A DNA stretch of 61,015 nucleotides, filler included, from Gonapodya sp. JEL0774 (taxonomy: Eukaryota), in assembly GCA_027604505.1 (NCBI GenBank). It is 16 parts of 16 records of this genome, joined end to end, with 100 filler letters (N's around TTAATTAATTAA, not from the genome) between each part and the next. Parts side by side here need not be neighbours in the genome. Positions count along the whole stretch, not along the records: positions 49,705 to 53,410 come from JADIIX010001177.1; positions 53,511 to 57,213 come from JADIIX010001178.1; positions 57,314 to 61,015 come from JADIIX010001179.1; 13 more parts are not named here. One strand, 5' to 3'. The notes below the pieces were generated by a model, which did no database searches, was not told where the DNA came from, and saw nothing but the letters and a program-made list of their open reading frames with translations. Within the stretch, counting starts at the first letter, position 1. Each line of letters opens with the position of its first letter. The position numbers were made by a program, and so were the translations under genes. Positions 51,615-61,015 of this stretch are shown piece after piece.

Positions 51615-52631
51615 ATGTGTACGTCGCCAACTCTCGCGACTCTCCCGCTCGAGATCCTCCAGTCAATTGCTTCCAATCTTCCTGTCACGGACATCCTCAC
51701 CCTTACGTCGTCCTCCCGCTCCCTTCACCATCTTCGGGCGATACCGAGCACATGGAAACATCTGGACTTCACGTATGTAGAAGGACTAGTGGACAATGAT
51801 TTCGAGGCATTCCTCTCGAAAGTCGCGGAGTGGGTCACTGTCCCAGTCTCTCTCGGAGGCGCGCCGAGCTCAGCGCGTACTATTCTCGAATCTGCGATCC
51901 GAGCGATCAAGTTTCATAAGGCGAACATTTCAATTGTGACTGTCATGAAGGCCCTTCGGATGCAGTCTCTTGCGTTCTTCACTGCCACAAATTGCGAGTG
52001 GGTCCATATTGTAAAATTTCTAGCAATCTTGCGGGATATGATCCCGCCAGAGACTGACAGGTCACCATCGAGCATTGGATTGTGCCCTCTTCGAAAACTG
52101 GACATGCGCGGAACATGGCAGGGGGGATTTTCTTTATTCCCGGTACTAAACGATGCGGACTGGGGCGTATCGGAGTCGCCAAACATTGTAGAAGACCTGG
52201 AAAGGACATGCAAAGCGCTGTTTCCAGACGCGATTGTCCGGCCGCAGTTCTGTGTGAACTGTCGCGATGGTGTGGTGCTTGCGGATGACATGCAGTTCGA
52301 CCATTCCGATTCGCCGAACAATTTATCGGCTAATCACATCTCACTGTACTGCGACAGGTGTACTCGTGAGCGCACATGCACCTATTGCAATGTGTACTTT
52401 GGTGGTGTGCAGGACCAGGGACAGGCGACATTGCTTGAAATGAATTGTGCGGGTTGTTGGTATTCTGCTCGCGCGTGCACAACCTGCTTGCACCATCAAA
52501 ATCGTTGGAGGAAATGCGATAACTGTGATACTCAATGCTGTCCGACATGTGAGGGAAACTTCTCCAATCTGCATCGTTGTCGCTCCGATGATTTTTGGTC
52601 GGAAGCACTTTTATCCAGTTCTATTCAATGA
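51615..52631 (+). CDS. Intronless F-box protein with Cys-rich (multi-CxxC) C-terminus
   Basis: LATLPLEILQSIASNLPVTDILTL..WKHLDF; C-terminal CVNC, CDRC, CTYC, CAGC, CTTC, CDNC, CPTC. Confidence 0.85.
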   Translation: MCTSPTLATLPLEILQSIASNLPVTDILTLTSSSRSLHHLRAIPSTWKHLDFTYVEGLVDNDFEAFLSKVAEWVTVPVSLGGAPSSARTILESAIRAIKFHKANISIVTVMKALRMQSLAFFTATNCEWVHIVKFLAILRDMIPPETDRSPSSIGLCPLRKLDMRGTWQGGFSLFPVLNDADWGVSESPNIVEDLERTCKALFPDAIVRPQFCVNCRDGVVLADDMQFDHSDSPNNLSANHISLYCDRCTRERTCTYCNVYFGGVQDQGQATLLEMNCAGCWYSARACTTCLHHQNRWRKCDNCDTQCCPTCEGNFSNLHRCRSDDFWSEALLSSSIQ

Positions 52632-53071
52632 TTTGAAGTCTCTCTAGTTAATAGCTGAGTGGTTTGAATGACACTCATCGTAGTGCTGTCATAACATACG
52701 ATTGTTGGCGAGAAGAATCATACCGCGATAGTTCATGCCGGCGGCGATTGCGAAGGGCATGTACACAAGAGTTTTCACAAGACTCAAAGTCGCAATTCAA
52801 AGACTTCTCATTTTCGAGTGCTCCCCATCTTTTTCTTGGGAGTGAGTGCAGTATGGACTGGATGTTCTGACATGATCACGGGTGACCAGGGCAAGCATCT
52901 CAAACCAGAAGTCGTATTCCCCAATACTTTGAGCCAACCTCGGTACCAGCACATACACTCTCCTCTAGTTTGAAAATCGTCATAGCCCTGACTTGCGAGG
53001 GTCCCCCTTGTTCGTCTTAACCAAGACATCATCCGCAGTCATTCGATTAATCCATCCCCACATTCGCGACG

Positions 53072-53410
53072 ATGGGGGACGTGAGGACGTTCGTTTCCGA
53101 CTCTTTGCAGTCCATACTAGGGATGAGTGAGCGGACACTGGTGGATTTCGTGGTGACCATGGGTGAGTTCGTTCTCTTCAGGTGGACGATCTGGAAAATA
53201 ATCGAATTCCAGACGTTTCTTTCCATTCATTCGCTCTTGCGACCCCATCGCGGCGTGTTGAACACGAACATTAGCCCAGTCCTCTCCCTCTCCCGCCGCC
53301 ATTCTCCGCCGCCTCCGCGAATTCGACCTCCCCGACACACCACTAGTTCGAACATTCGCATCGGACCTCTACAACCGGGTCCCTCGCGCTCAAGCGAAAG
53401 GGCCCACCAC
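53072..53410 (+). CDS. DHX16: Spliceosomal DEAH helicase DHX16/Prp2-like, N-terminal exons
   Basis: FVSDSLQSILGMSERTLVDFVVTM|AQSSPS..FASDLYNRVPR resembles the PWI-like N-terminus of DHX16/Cdc28. Confidence 0.7.
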
Positions 53411-54584
53411 NNNNNNNNNNNNNNNNNNNNNNNNNNNNNNNNNNNNNNNNNNNNTTAATTAATTAANNNNNNNNNNNNNNNNNNNNNNNNNNNNNNNNNN
53501 NNNNNNNNNNCACTGTATTCGAGTTCAGACATACATACATTGAGTTTCGGGACAGAAACCCACCGGTTCCGCCGCGAACCACCACAATATTCTTCCCAGT
53601 GGAGGCCGACACGGAACGGAATTCTCGATGCATGGTAAAACACTGAGTGAGATTGAGCGTGGCTGTGAAAGGTGACAGTTTTCGGATGAAGATTTTCGGT
53701 TTATATGGCCGAAGGAAGCGATTTCGTGGTGGCTTGTCAAGGTCATCGCCCCTAGGAGGTGCATTCTTGGCATTCAACAAGTAGTGTGGGACCCCTGAAA
53801 AGTCAGTCCTGTCGCCTAGAAGATTCTAAAAATTATGGCGTATAATGCTTCTCAACAAACAATTGAACCATACAAAGCACGTGGTCATGACGGTCCGTGA
53901 TGGACCGAAACCAGGGAACATTCTGAGCGGTGACCTTTGGTTATTCATCTGTGAATCCCTCCACTCCACTTCTTCGGCAGCAGCCGAGAGCTCAGAGTTG
54001 TGTCGTGAGAAAGGACTGATCGGCAGAACATGCCCTCTCGACTGGACGGTCCTGTCATCCAAGGTTGGAATAGTGTAAAAGCCCCTAGTTCTCGACATAC
54101 CGAAGTAATTCTCTACTTTTCAGACCCATCACCACTTCTCTCGTGTGGTTTTGGGTTCTCTACGTTCTGACATTCCCACACTGGATGTCACGCCGTAGGG
54201 TACCTTGAGGAGTGCTAGGTCCACACGTTAGATGTAGTTTATCCGCTATAGGTATTTAGGCGCCGCACCACACAAGGTTCCCCACGATTGTCGACACTCT
54301 GGTCAGGTGAGAAGGGCGCGAGAGGACTCTTATTTCCGTTCTATTCGCTATTGTACATGCTCATATTATAACACTCTGGTCAGTGAGGAGTCCGAAGGTG
54401 ATACAGGACGGCTGCTCCACCACAGTACACACACGGGACTTTGTGTTCGCAAATGGTCATTAAATAAATTCATTTTCCTCCATTTGTAGCAACGCAAAAA
54501 TCGCGCCGCGTGGTGTTTGGCTTGTTCACGACGCCCCACTGGTCGCCAAGGACATTACATACTGATTCGCAACACCAAGTCACC

Positions 54585-56105
54585 ATGCTCCGTTCACCCC
54601 CACAAACACTTGGAGCATCGTCTGCGAGCCCTTACGGTGAACAAGGAAGCTCGCTTGAAAACGACACATTACCCGCCCGGCCCAGAGAGCCGTGTGACGC
54701 GGAGGGCAAGGTCAGTCGGGGAGAGATTTGCCGAAACATAAGAGACGGTCGCCCAGTGGCCAGGAACGGCGATTTTCGAGTGATCTGCTCTCATGCGCTC
54801 TCGTGTTCGCGTCGGTGGAGGCATGGATGCCTGGAAACCTCTGTCGTAGCCTGAAGCATCCTTCTGAGTCATACATCGGTACCGGATCAATTCGTATCCG
54901 ACAGCACATTCCCCACGACCCAGAGGTGTGCTACATAACGGATACGAATGGGATCTTTCAGATGGTGGAGGACTCTCTGTGGAACAAGTGTGAGCGTTGC
55001 ATGAGCTTTCATGATGATGTTTGAGAGACTCTACAGGGGACTTCGATCGGTCTAGTTATTGACGAAAACTGTCCGTATCCGTTTCCGTATTACATGACAC
55101 GGTGAGTTCTCAAGTACTGGCGAAGGTTTTATATATGTCCAACGTGGAGATGGAATGAGCTTTCTTCATCATATCACCTGGTGAACTTTTGCCGCGTTCC
55201 CAATTAAAGATTCACCTTCCCCACCATCCTCGGCAAGTCTCTTTTTGAATTCATATCCGACGTGAAAGTCCAGTCGTTTTTCCGGCACATAACGTTCGTG
55301 ATCTCATCGGGTGCCACCAAGCGGTTCACGTACGGGTGGTTCTGCGACTCCCCTGACTACGAGCGAAAAATGATGATGTCAGTGATCGGGATGACGGGAG
55401 CTGGTGGAATGAAGCTGATCGTATGGTGAGCGTCTGAGATTGCGTGGAAAGTTATTTGAGTTCGGTTCCTACGAACTGACAAATCATGTCTGTTACATGC
55501 TCACCACAGGATTTCCAAGATACTCTACGAGAGGCCGCATCCTCGTAGAGCAACTTACCTTGCCCAAAAGCCTTACGAAATGGCTACATCGGATGATCTC
55601 CGGGACAAGCCGATACGGACAGTTTGCTCCTACTGCAAGCGCATCCTCGTCACCACCAATGAGATCGGGCAGGTTCGTACCGGATCGACTACCATTCGAC
55701 TAATGGACACTGAAAGCGATCTCCGTTTGTTCCAAGCTCGCCAATCTGGTGCTCCAAACCATGATAGACGTAGGAGTCCCCATCATGGATCACGTGGACG
55801 CCCACGACATTCCGATCCTGGGTCTCAGTGGAAAATTGGGACTCCAAAAGCTAAATAACATGGGTCATGTGTGGTGAGTCAGATTGGGTGTCGATGGAGC
55901 GGTCACCTTGAATACCGTGCAGAATGCACACTTAAACCCACTCCTGCGTTATGCGATTGTTATATCAAGGCTCAATCCCGCAGAGTACGCCTCGTCCTTT
56001 CTGTCATCAGATATGGTTCTTCGCCATGGAGTTTGCGAAGTGTGCTACTCCGAGATTGCAAACTTCTTCTACGCTGATAGAGTGATCACGAAAGAAGGTG
56101 TGTAA
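54585..56105 (+). CDS. PAS-like domain + CSxCK...HGxCxxC metal-binding module (bacterial-type uncharacterised family), multi-exon
   Basis: VCYITDTNGIFQMVEDSLWNK|FIDEN..ILGKSLFEFISD..WFCDSPDYERKM..RTVCSYCKRI..W|LNPAEY..LRHGVCEVC. Confidence 0.7.
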
Positions 56106-56366
56106 ACTCAGAGATCACTGAGAGCTTCGAGGGTGTGAAGAATTTCGAAAGATCAGTTTGATAAGCCAACTATCCATTATTGTTGTGTGAGAAACATTTT
56201 GAAATCAGTGCTAATGATTGTGACGTGCAGATTTGAAACCAATTTAGTTTTCAATTCAAATTTAATGTTCTTGATCGTTCGAGTACTTGAAGAATTGTCG
56301 ATTATAGTATGATCCTTGTATGCAGTTTTCGTGCACCACCCATTGCCCTTCTCAAACAGCGAGCAT

Positions 56367-57206
56367 CTACTTTCCTGCATTCGCCTTGCCCAACCGCCTC
56401 GGTTGAACCTCGAGCACCGTGAATCCATCATTCGCTAGCACAACAAACGGTCTGTTGGATTTGTGTGCCCGGAGAATCTTCCCAAACGACCATTCCGCGT
56501 GACGATAGGTTTGGTTGTCAGAAGCGGAGTGCTGGATACCGGTGCCAAAAGCCCTGTGGACGCCTCGCCCGAACGAGATCTGACGAGGAAGAGAGACATG
56601 GACAGAGGCGAGAGAGGTAGAAAGTGTCGCCATGTCTTCGGCGCCATGTGTCGAATTCGAACTCCAGGGCCCCTGAGCTCTTCCACGGCCTTCGCCACCA
56701 CGATTCTCACGACCTCGGATTCTTCCGTAACCACGGGAGTACGTGAAATCACTGGGAATCTCCGATCTTTCGGGCGTTGTAATGGTCTCTTCATCCTTAC
56801 GAGGGTGACCACGTCCCACCGACGATCCGCCTTTACCAGCACGGAAGTTCCCACGGCCCCTTTGCGTAATTATACCTGCCATTGTGGTTGCTTGTGACGA
56901 GTCAACAGCCCCTCCTTCGACATCCATCGAGTCGACTTCTCTCGTATCTGCATCTTGCTCGGAGCTCCCTGCACCTCGTCTTCCTCGCTCGCGCCGTACA
57001 TCTCGGGCGGCAGCTCGGGTCTTCGCTCGTTCAAAGTACGCTTGAGACTTTCGTTGTCTGCTCGTCATTGGGGCGTCTTGGAGTGCGGGAGAATCGGATG
57101 TTGATTTAGGCTGAACTGGAGAGTTTGGTAGTGGAACATCGGAGACAGTATCATCAACGGCACTCAAAGATGTCGGAGTTAATGGTTTGGACAGTTGAAC
57201 ATCCAT
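56367..57206 (-). CDS. Hypothetical RG/RGG-rich protein
   Basis: 279-codon frame with RGRGNFRAG, RGYGRIRGRENRGG and LPRQISFGRG. Confidence 0.5.
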   Translation of the reverse strand: MDVQLSKPLTPTSLSAVDDTVSDVPLPNSPVQPKSTSDSPALQDAPMTSRQRKSQAYFERAKTRAAARDVRRERGRRGAGSSEQDADTREVDSMDVEGGAVDSSQATTMAGIITQRGRGNFRAGKGGSSVGRGHPRKDEETITTPERSEIPSDFTYSRGYGRIRGRENRGGEGRGRAQGPWSSNSTHGAEDMATLSTSLASVHVSLPRQISFGRGVHRAFGTGIQHSASDNQTYRHAEWSFGKILRAHKSNRPFVVLANDGFTVLEVQPRRLGKANAGK

Positions 57207-57735
57207 TAATTTCNNNNNNNNNNNNNNNNNNNNNNNNNNNNNNNNNNNNNNNNNNNNTTAATTAATTAANNNNNNNNNNNNNNNNNNNNNNNNNNNNNNN
57301 NNNNNNNNNNNNNTCATCATTGCCGCCAAAAGCGATGCGAGCCTTGAACTGGGCTTTGTTGAATGGAACGTTGGTGGACGATGTGGGCGGGTGAGCGAAG
57401 TCGGTCGTTGCGCTCCACTTTACGAGTCCCAGTTGAGAGAGTTGGAACTTGACAAACACGTCATCGTTGAGTGGCAGATTGCATGACGTGATCGCCACAC
57501 TCAGGTCGCATGAACTCATGTGCTGTGGCGGGATGGGAGGGGGGCGGGGGAATCACGTGGGTGATCGGGTGGTGGTCCGTGCACCATGTGGTCGCTGTGG
57601 TCACACCCAAAGAGAAACTGTATTCACCAACTCAGCACCAACACCACTCACTTCCACACTTGTCCCCCTTTCTTTCTCTTAACCCCATCGTTCTCCCCCT
57701 ACTCCCCACCCAACCACCCCCAACCAACCCACTCC

Positions 57736-58111
57736 ATGTCGTCCAATTTCTACGACGAAGTCGAAATCGAAGACATGGACTTTGACGAAATAAAGCGCAT
57801 ATATTACTTCCCTTGTCCCTGCGGTGACAAGTTCCAGATATCGGAGGTGACTCTGGCTTCTCTCTTCCTTCCCCCTGCATCCCCCTTGCTCACCTCCCTC
57901 CCCCTCCCCTCGCCCGCACCCCCCTTCAAACACCTCCTAGGACGACCTCTTCGACGGCGAAGAAATCGCCCGATGCCCCTCCTGCTCGCTCATCATTCGC
58001 GTCATCTACGACGCTGACGATTTCCAGAGGGATGAGTCCGAGGATGAGGGCGAGAGTCGGACCGGGGGCACAGAGACGGTGGAGTTGGACCAGACGGTCG
58101 AGGTCAAGTGA
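57736..58111 (+). CDS. DPH3: Diphthamide biosynthesis protein 3 (CSL zinc finger)
   Basis: [53 protein letters not shown]. Confidence 0.95.
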
Positions 58112-58642
58112 GAGGGAGCGGGGAGAGCGGGTACCTATGCACCGACGGGCAAAAGCAAAGCAGGATACGACAACTCACGACGGGAGACGAGGATGGAGGG
58201 TGAGAGTTTGGTCGGTTTTGGCGAATGGACTTTTTGGACTTTTGAAGAATGGGTCGAGGGGAACGAAGACAGACGTTTGAGTGGTAACGTACGTTTCGTC
58301 GAAGACGCTCGTCACAGCCCGTCAGTCACGCTCCATCGATCCCCACTCATCATTCCACGCTCTCCAATCGCTCAACCCGTATCACCTCCCAGTACCTTTA
58401 CCAATTTCCCGCTCACACCGTCAACTGCACGGCCCACGGGCAATTGGGCATCATTCTAGTCTGGCACCAAACACACACATGCCCCGCTGTTCCACCCCAC
58501 ACCCCCGGGCCGCACACGAAGGGCAATGTTTTTCTTTTTTTTCNNNNNNNNNNNNNNNNNNNNNNNNNNNNNNNNNNNNNNNNNNNNNNNNNNNNNNNNN
58601 NNNNNNNNNNNNNNNNNNNNNNNNNNNNNNNNNNNNNNNNNN

Positions 58643-59886
58643 CCCGCCGCCTTCCACCGCTCAACTCACCCCACGGCAAACAACACCTCGAGCCAGACAA
58701 ACAAGGGCGCCAGCACCAGCGCCTGGAACAAGTTGTCCAGCAACGCCGGCGACCGCCCTTCGTACACCTTGTGGGCCCAGATCTGGGCGGCCCAGCTCAA
58801 GACGTGCACGGCGGTGGCCAGGGGGACCGCGTGCGGCGTGGTGAGGCGGAATAGGTGGGCAGTGGAGAGCATGAGGAGGAGGAAGAGGGAGTAGAAAGAC
58901 TAAGGGGGGGGGTCATGGGGCCCAGGGTGGTGCGGGGCGGGGAAATGGCCGCGGTGGGAAGGGTGAGTGAAGAACGGGACAAGTTGAAACACAGACACAG
59001 GTGATCAAAAGTCAGCAGAGTGGTTGGTGCACCGCACGGCACCGGGCACCGCCTAGGAGCAGCTCAGCTCGCCCCCTGAGTATGTATGCTGTGTTACCCG
59101 GTGTTCTGCCGTGTACGTTCCGTGTTCCGTGTTCCGTTCGCTCTCTCACGCACGACAGTCGAACGGAGATGTCCGTCCGGATTCCGGAAACTCGGAATAT
59201 TCTGGACCTCATCCGGTCACTAAGGTCGCACCGTATGGTGTGCACACGCACCTCCCCTGCATGCCCATCCACTCGCCACCCGCTACCCGCTCATATGCAT
59301 CGTCCCGGTCCCCCTTCTACCGACCCGCCCTCTGGGTCTCCCCCGACCACCCCACACCACCCATCAACCCACCCCGGCCACCGGCTCGAGCCCCACATAG
59401 TACAGCGCGTACCCCAGAGCCACGAAGAAGGACACGTCGTAGGAGATCGGAACGGACGAGAGAAGGGGGAGGGGGACCGTGAAGGTGCCGGGGAGGAGGG
59501 CGAAGGTGGGGTGGGCGAACCTGGGCGGGTGGGGGTGGAGGGAAGGGAGGCAAGGGGAGGACCCGGTCGTGGGGATGGACCAGCGGTTGCGGGTGAGACA
59601 GGCGTACAGATAACACGTTCGGGTGTCGACACTCCATAGTCCACAAAACGTACCATACGAGTCCACTCCAGAGTATGGTTGGAACAAATACGAGGTGGAC
59701 GAGTTTGTTACGGGAGTCGGAGTGGTCTGGATGGAAGATGGTCAATATTTACATGGACAATCATGTATTATTGAAATATGCGTGGGGGAACTGGTAACGC
59801 GAGACAAGGTTCAGTAACGCACATGACCCGTAAAAGACCATCTCCTTTTCCAAGTTGAGGGAGAATTTGAACGACAGGTTGGACAT
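58643..59886 (-). CDS. MPO1: Mpo1-like (DUF962) 2-hydroxy fatty acid dioxygenase, runs into the gap
   Basis: LEKEMVFYG..HSDSRNKLVHLVFVPTILWS..YALYYVGLEP..HVLSWAAQIWAHKVYEGRSPALLDNLFQALVLAPLFVWLEVLF. Confidence 0.88.
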
Positions 59887-60574
59887 CGCGAGAGTTGTGG
59901 ACGCGTCTGATGGCGGGAAGGGGGGGGGCGGGGGAGGGCGGGGGAACAGGAATATGTGGAGTCCGGCTTCAAGGACGGTTAAAACGAGTCACGTCTCCCG
60001 CCCGACTGGCCCACACAAAGATCGGGCAGCAACCCACATCACGTGATTGTAATTTTTATTGCACGTAACTTGGTTAACCTCAACAATTCGTGCGGAAACT
60101 TTATGTGGGGGAGATCCAACGGATAAACGGCTGCATTACTTACCACGTTCAGGATTCTGCGGTTGCCCATTTCATTATATAAATGACGTAGTAGAAGCGT
60201 ATTTGGCTGCTGCCAACACAATACACCTCACCTGCATAGTGTTCGCGACCCCGGCTCTCGCCCATAGTCACTCCGGGAGCCTGTGTCATTCACCTAGATT
60301 GAACCAAACCGTTTGGAATGAAAATGCTTTTGAATCTGTCTGTCCGTCGTGTAATAAACGGGGGTTTAAGTTGCAGTTTTCTTGTTGTGGTGGATCACCA
60401 CAGCCCTTCTGACTGGCCCGTGCACGCCCACGTTCCTTCGTAAACTTCCCCACACCAACCACAACACTCCGTGCGGTTTCCGAATTACCCCCGCCAATGC
60501 TGGCTCCACCCCGCACCTTCCCACCCATCCCACTCGCCGACGCTTCAAACAACCTCCCAACTCCATCTCCTCCC

Positions 60575-60762
60575 ATGCCCACCTCCACCTCTCCATCCAA
60601 ACCACCACCTCCACCAACCACCACCACCACCACACCAGTCGAAAACCCACCACCATTGACTCTCGCCCGCATCGATCAACTCCTCGTGGAGGGGATCGCG
60701 GCTTATAGGGCCCAACAGTACGAGAACGCAGTCCAGGTGTTGGGCGAGGCGGCCGGCGGATG
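60575..60762 (+). CDS. First exon of a TPR protein (possibly NASP/Sim3-like histone chaperone)
   Basis: IDQLLVEGIAAYRAQQYENAVQVLGEA is a TPR-like helix pair, followed by a GT donor. Confidence 0.4.
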
Positions 60763-61015
60763 GTGGGTACTCGCCGTAGGGGGTGGGGGGAGGCAAAGAG
60801 GCAATCGGGGTTTGAGGTGGATGGGGGAGGGAAGAGGGCATGGGGAATGGAAGGGTGAGCAGCGGAAAAGTGGTGACTCGGGAAATTCACCGGATCCGGG
60901 ATTTTTCTGTCGTTGGGAAGAGCGGGACCACGTGTCTCGTCCTGTCCCGCCACGCTCTCCCCCGTTTCTCCTCCACAATACCCCTGCTGAACGAAAACCC
61001 CCACCTCCTTTCCTT

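Noticed and set aside
53511..54300. Minus-strand hypothetical multi-exon gene
   Set aside because: Plausible exons but no motif support, and the start and splice model is uncertain.

Overview
This is not one locus. The window is 16 unrelated short contigs of about 3.70-3.74 kb, sorted by decreasing length and joined by artificial 100-nt N44-TTAATTAATTAA-N44 spacers, so gene adjacency only means something within a contig. The DNA is eukaryotic, gene-dense and rich in short GT-AG introns, and the proteins are fungal. The ankyrin/SH3 and F-box families suggest an early-diverging zoosporic fungus, Gonapodya-like (inference only). Recognisable genes: phosphoketolase, 4-unit polyubiquitin, ribosomal P1, monopolin Csm1/Pcs1, M3 oligopeptidase, a Rieske protein, nitronate monooxygenase, Bin3/MePCE, stomatin, mitochondrial citrate carrier, NOG2, DHX16/Prp2, DPH3 and MPO1. 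Most interesting: (1) an intron-rich gene fusing a full ParB module (NTD + HTH) to a degenerate beta-class N6/N4 DNA-methyltransferase-like domain, directly downstream of a 175-bp tandem array of palindromes (26815-30540); (2) a TIR-bounded IS630/Tc1 (DD34E) element carrying a second, spliced cargo gene with Zn-binding and ubiquitin-like domains (42086-45797); (3) a bacterial-type PAS + CxxC/HGxCxxC protein with introns; (4) a GPI-anchored CE4 deacetylase that has lost its catalytic motifs, head-to-head with a probable paralog; (5) CpG-deamination signatures concentrated in repeat/TE DNA. All family calls come from hand translation and motif recognition; no database searches were run.
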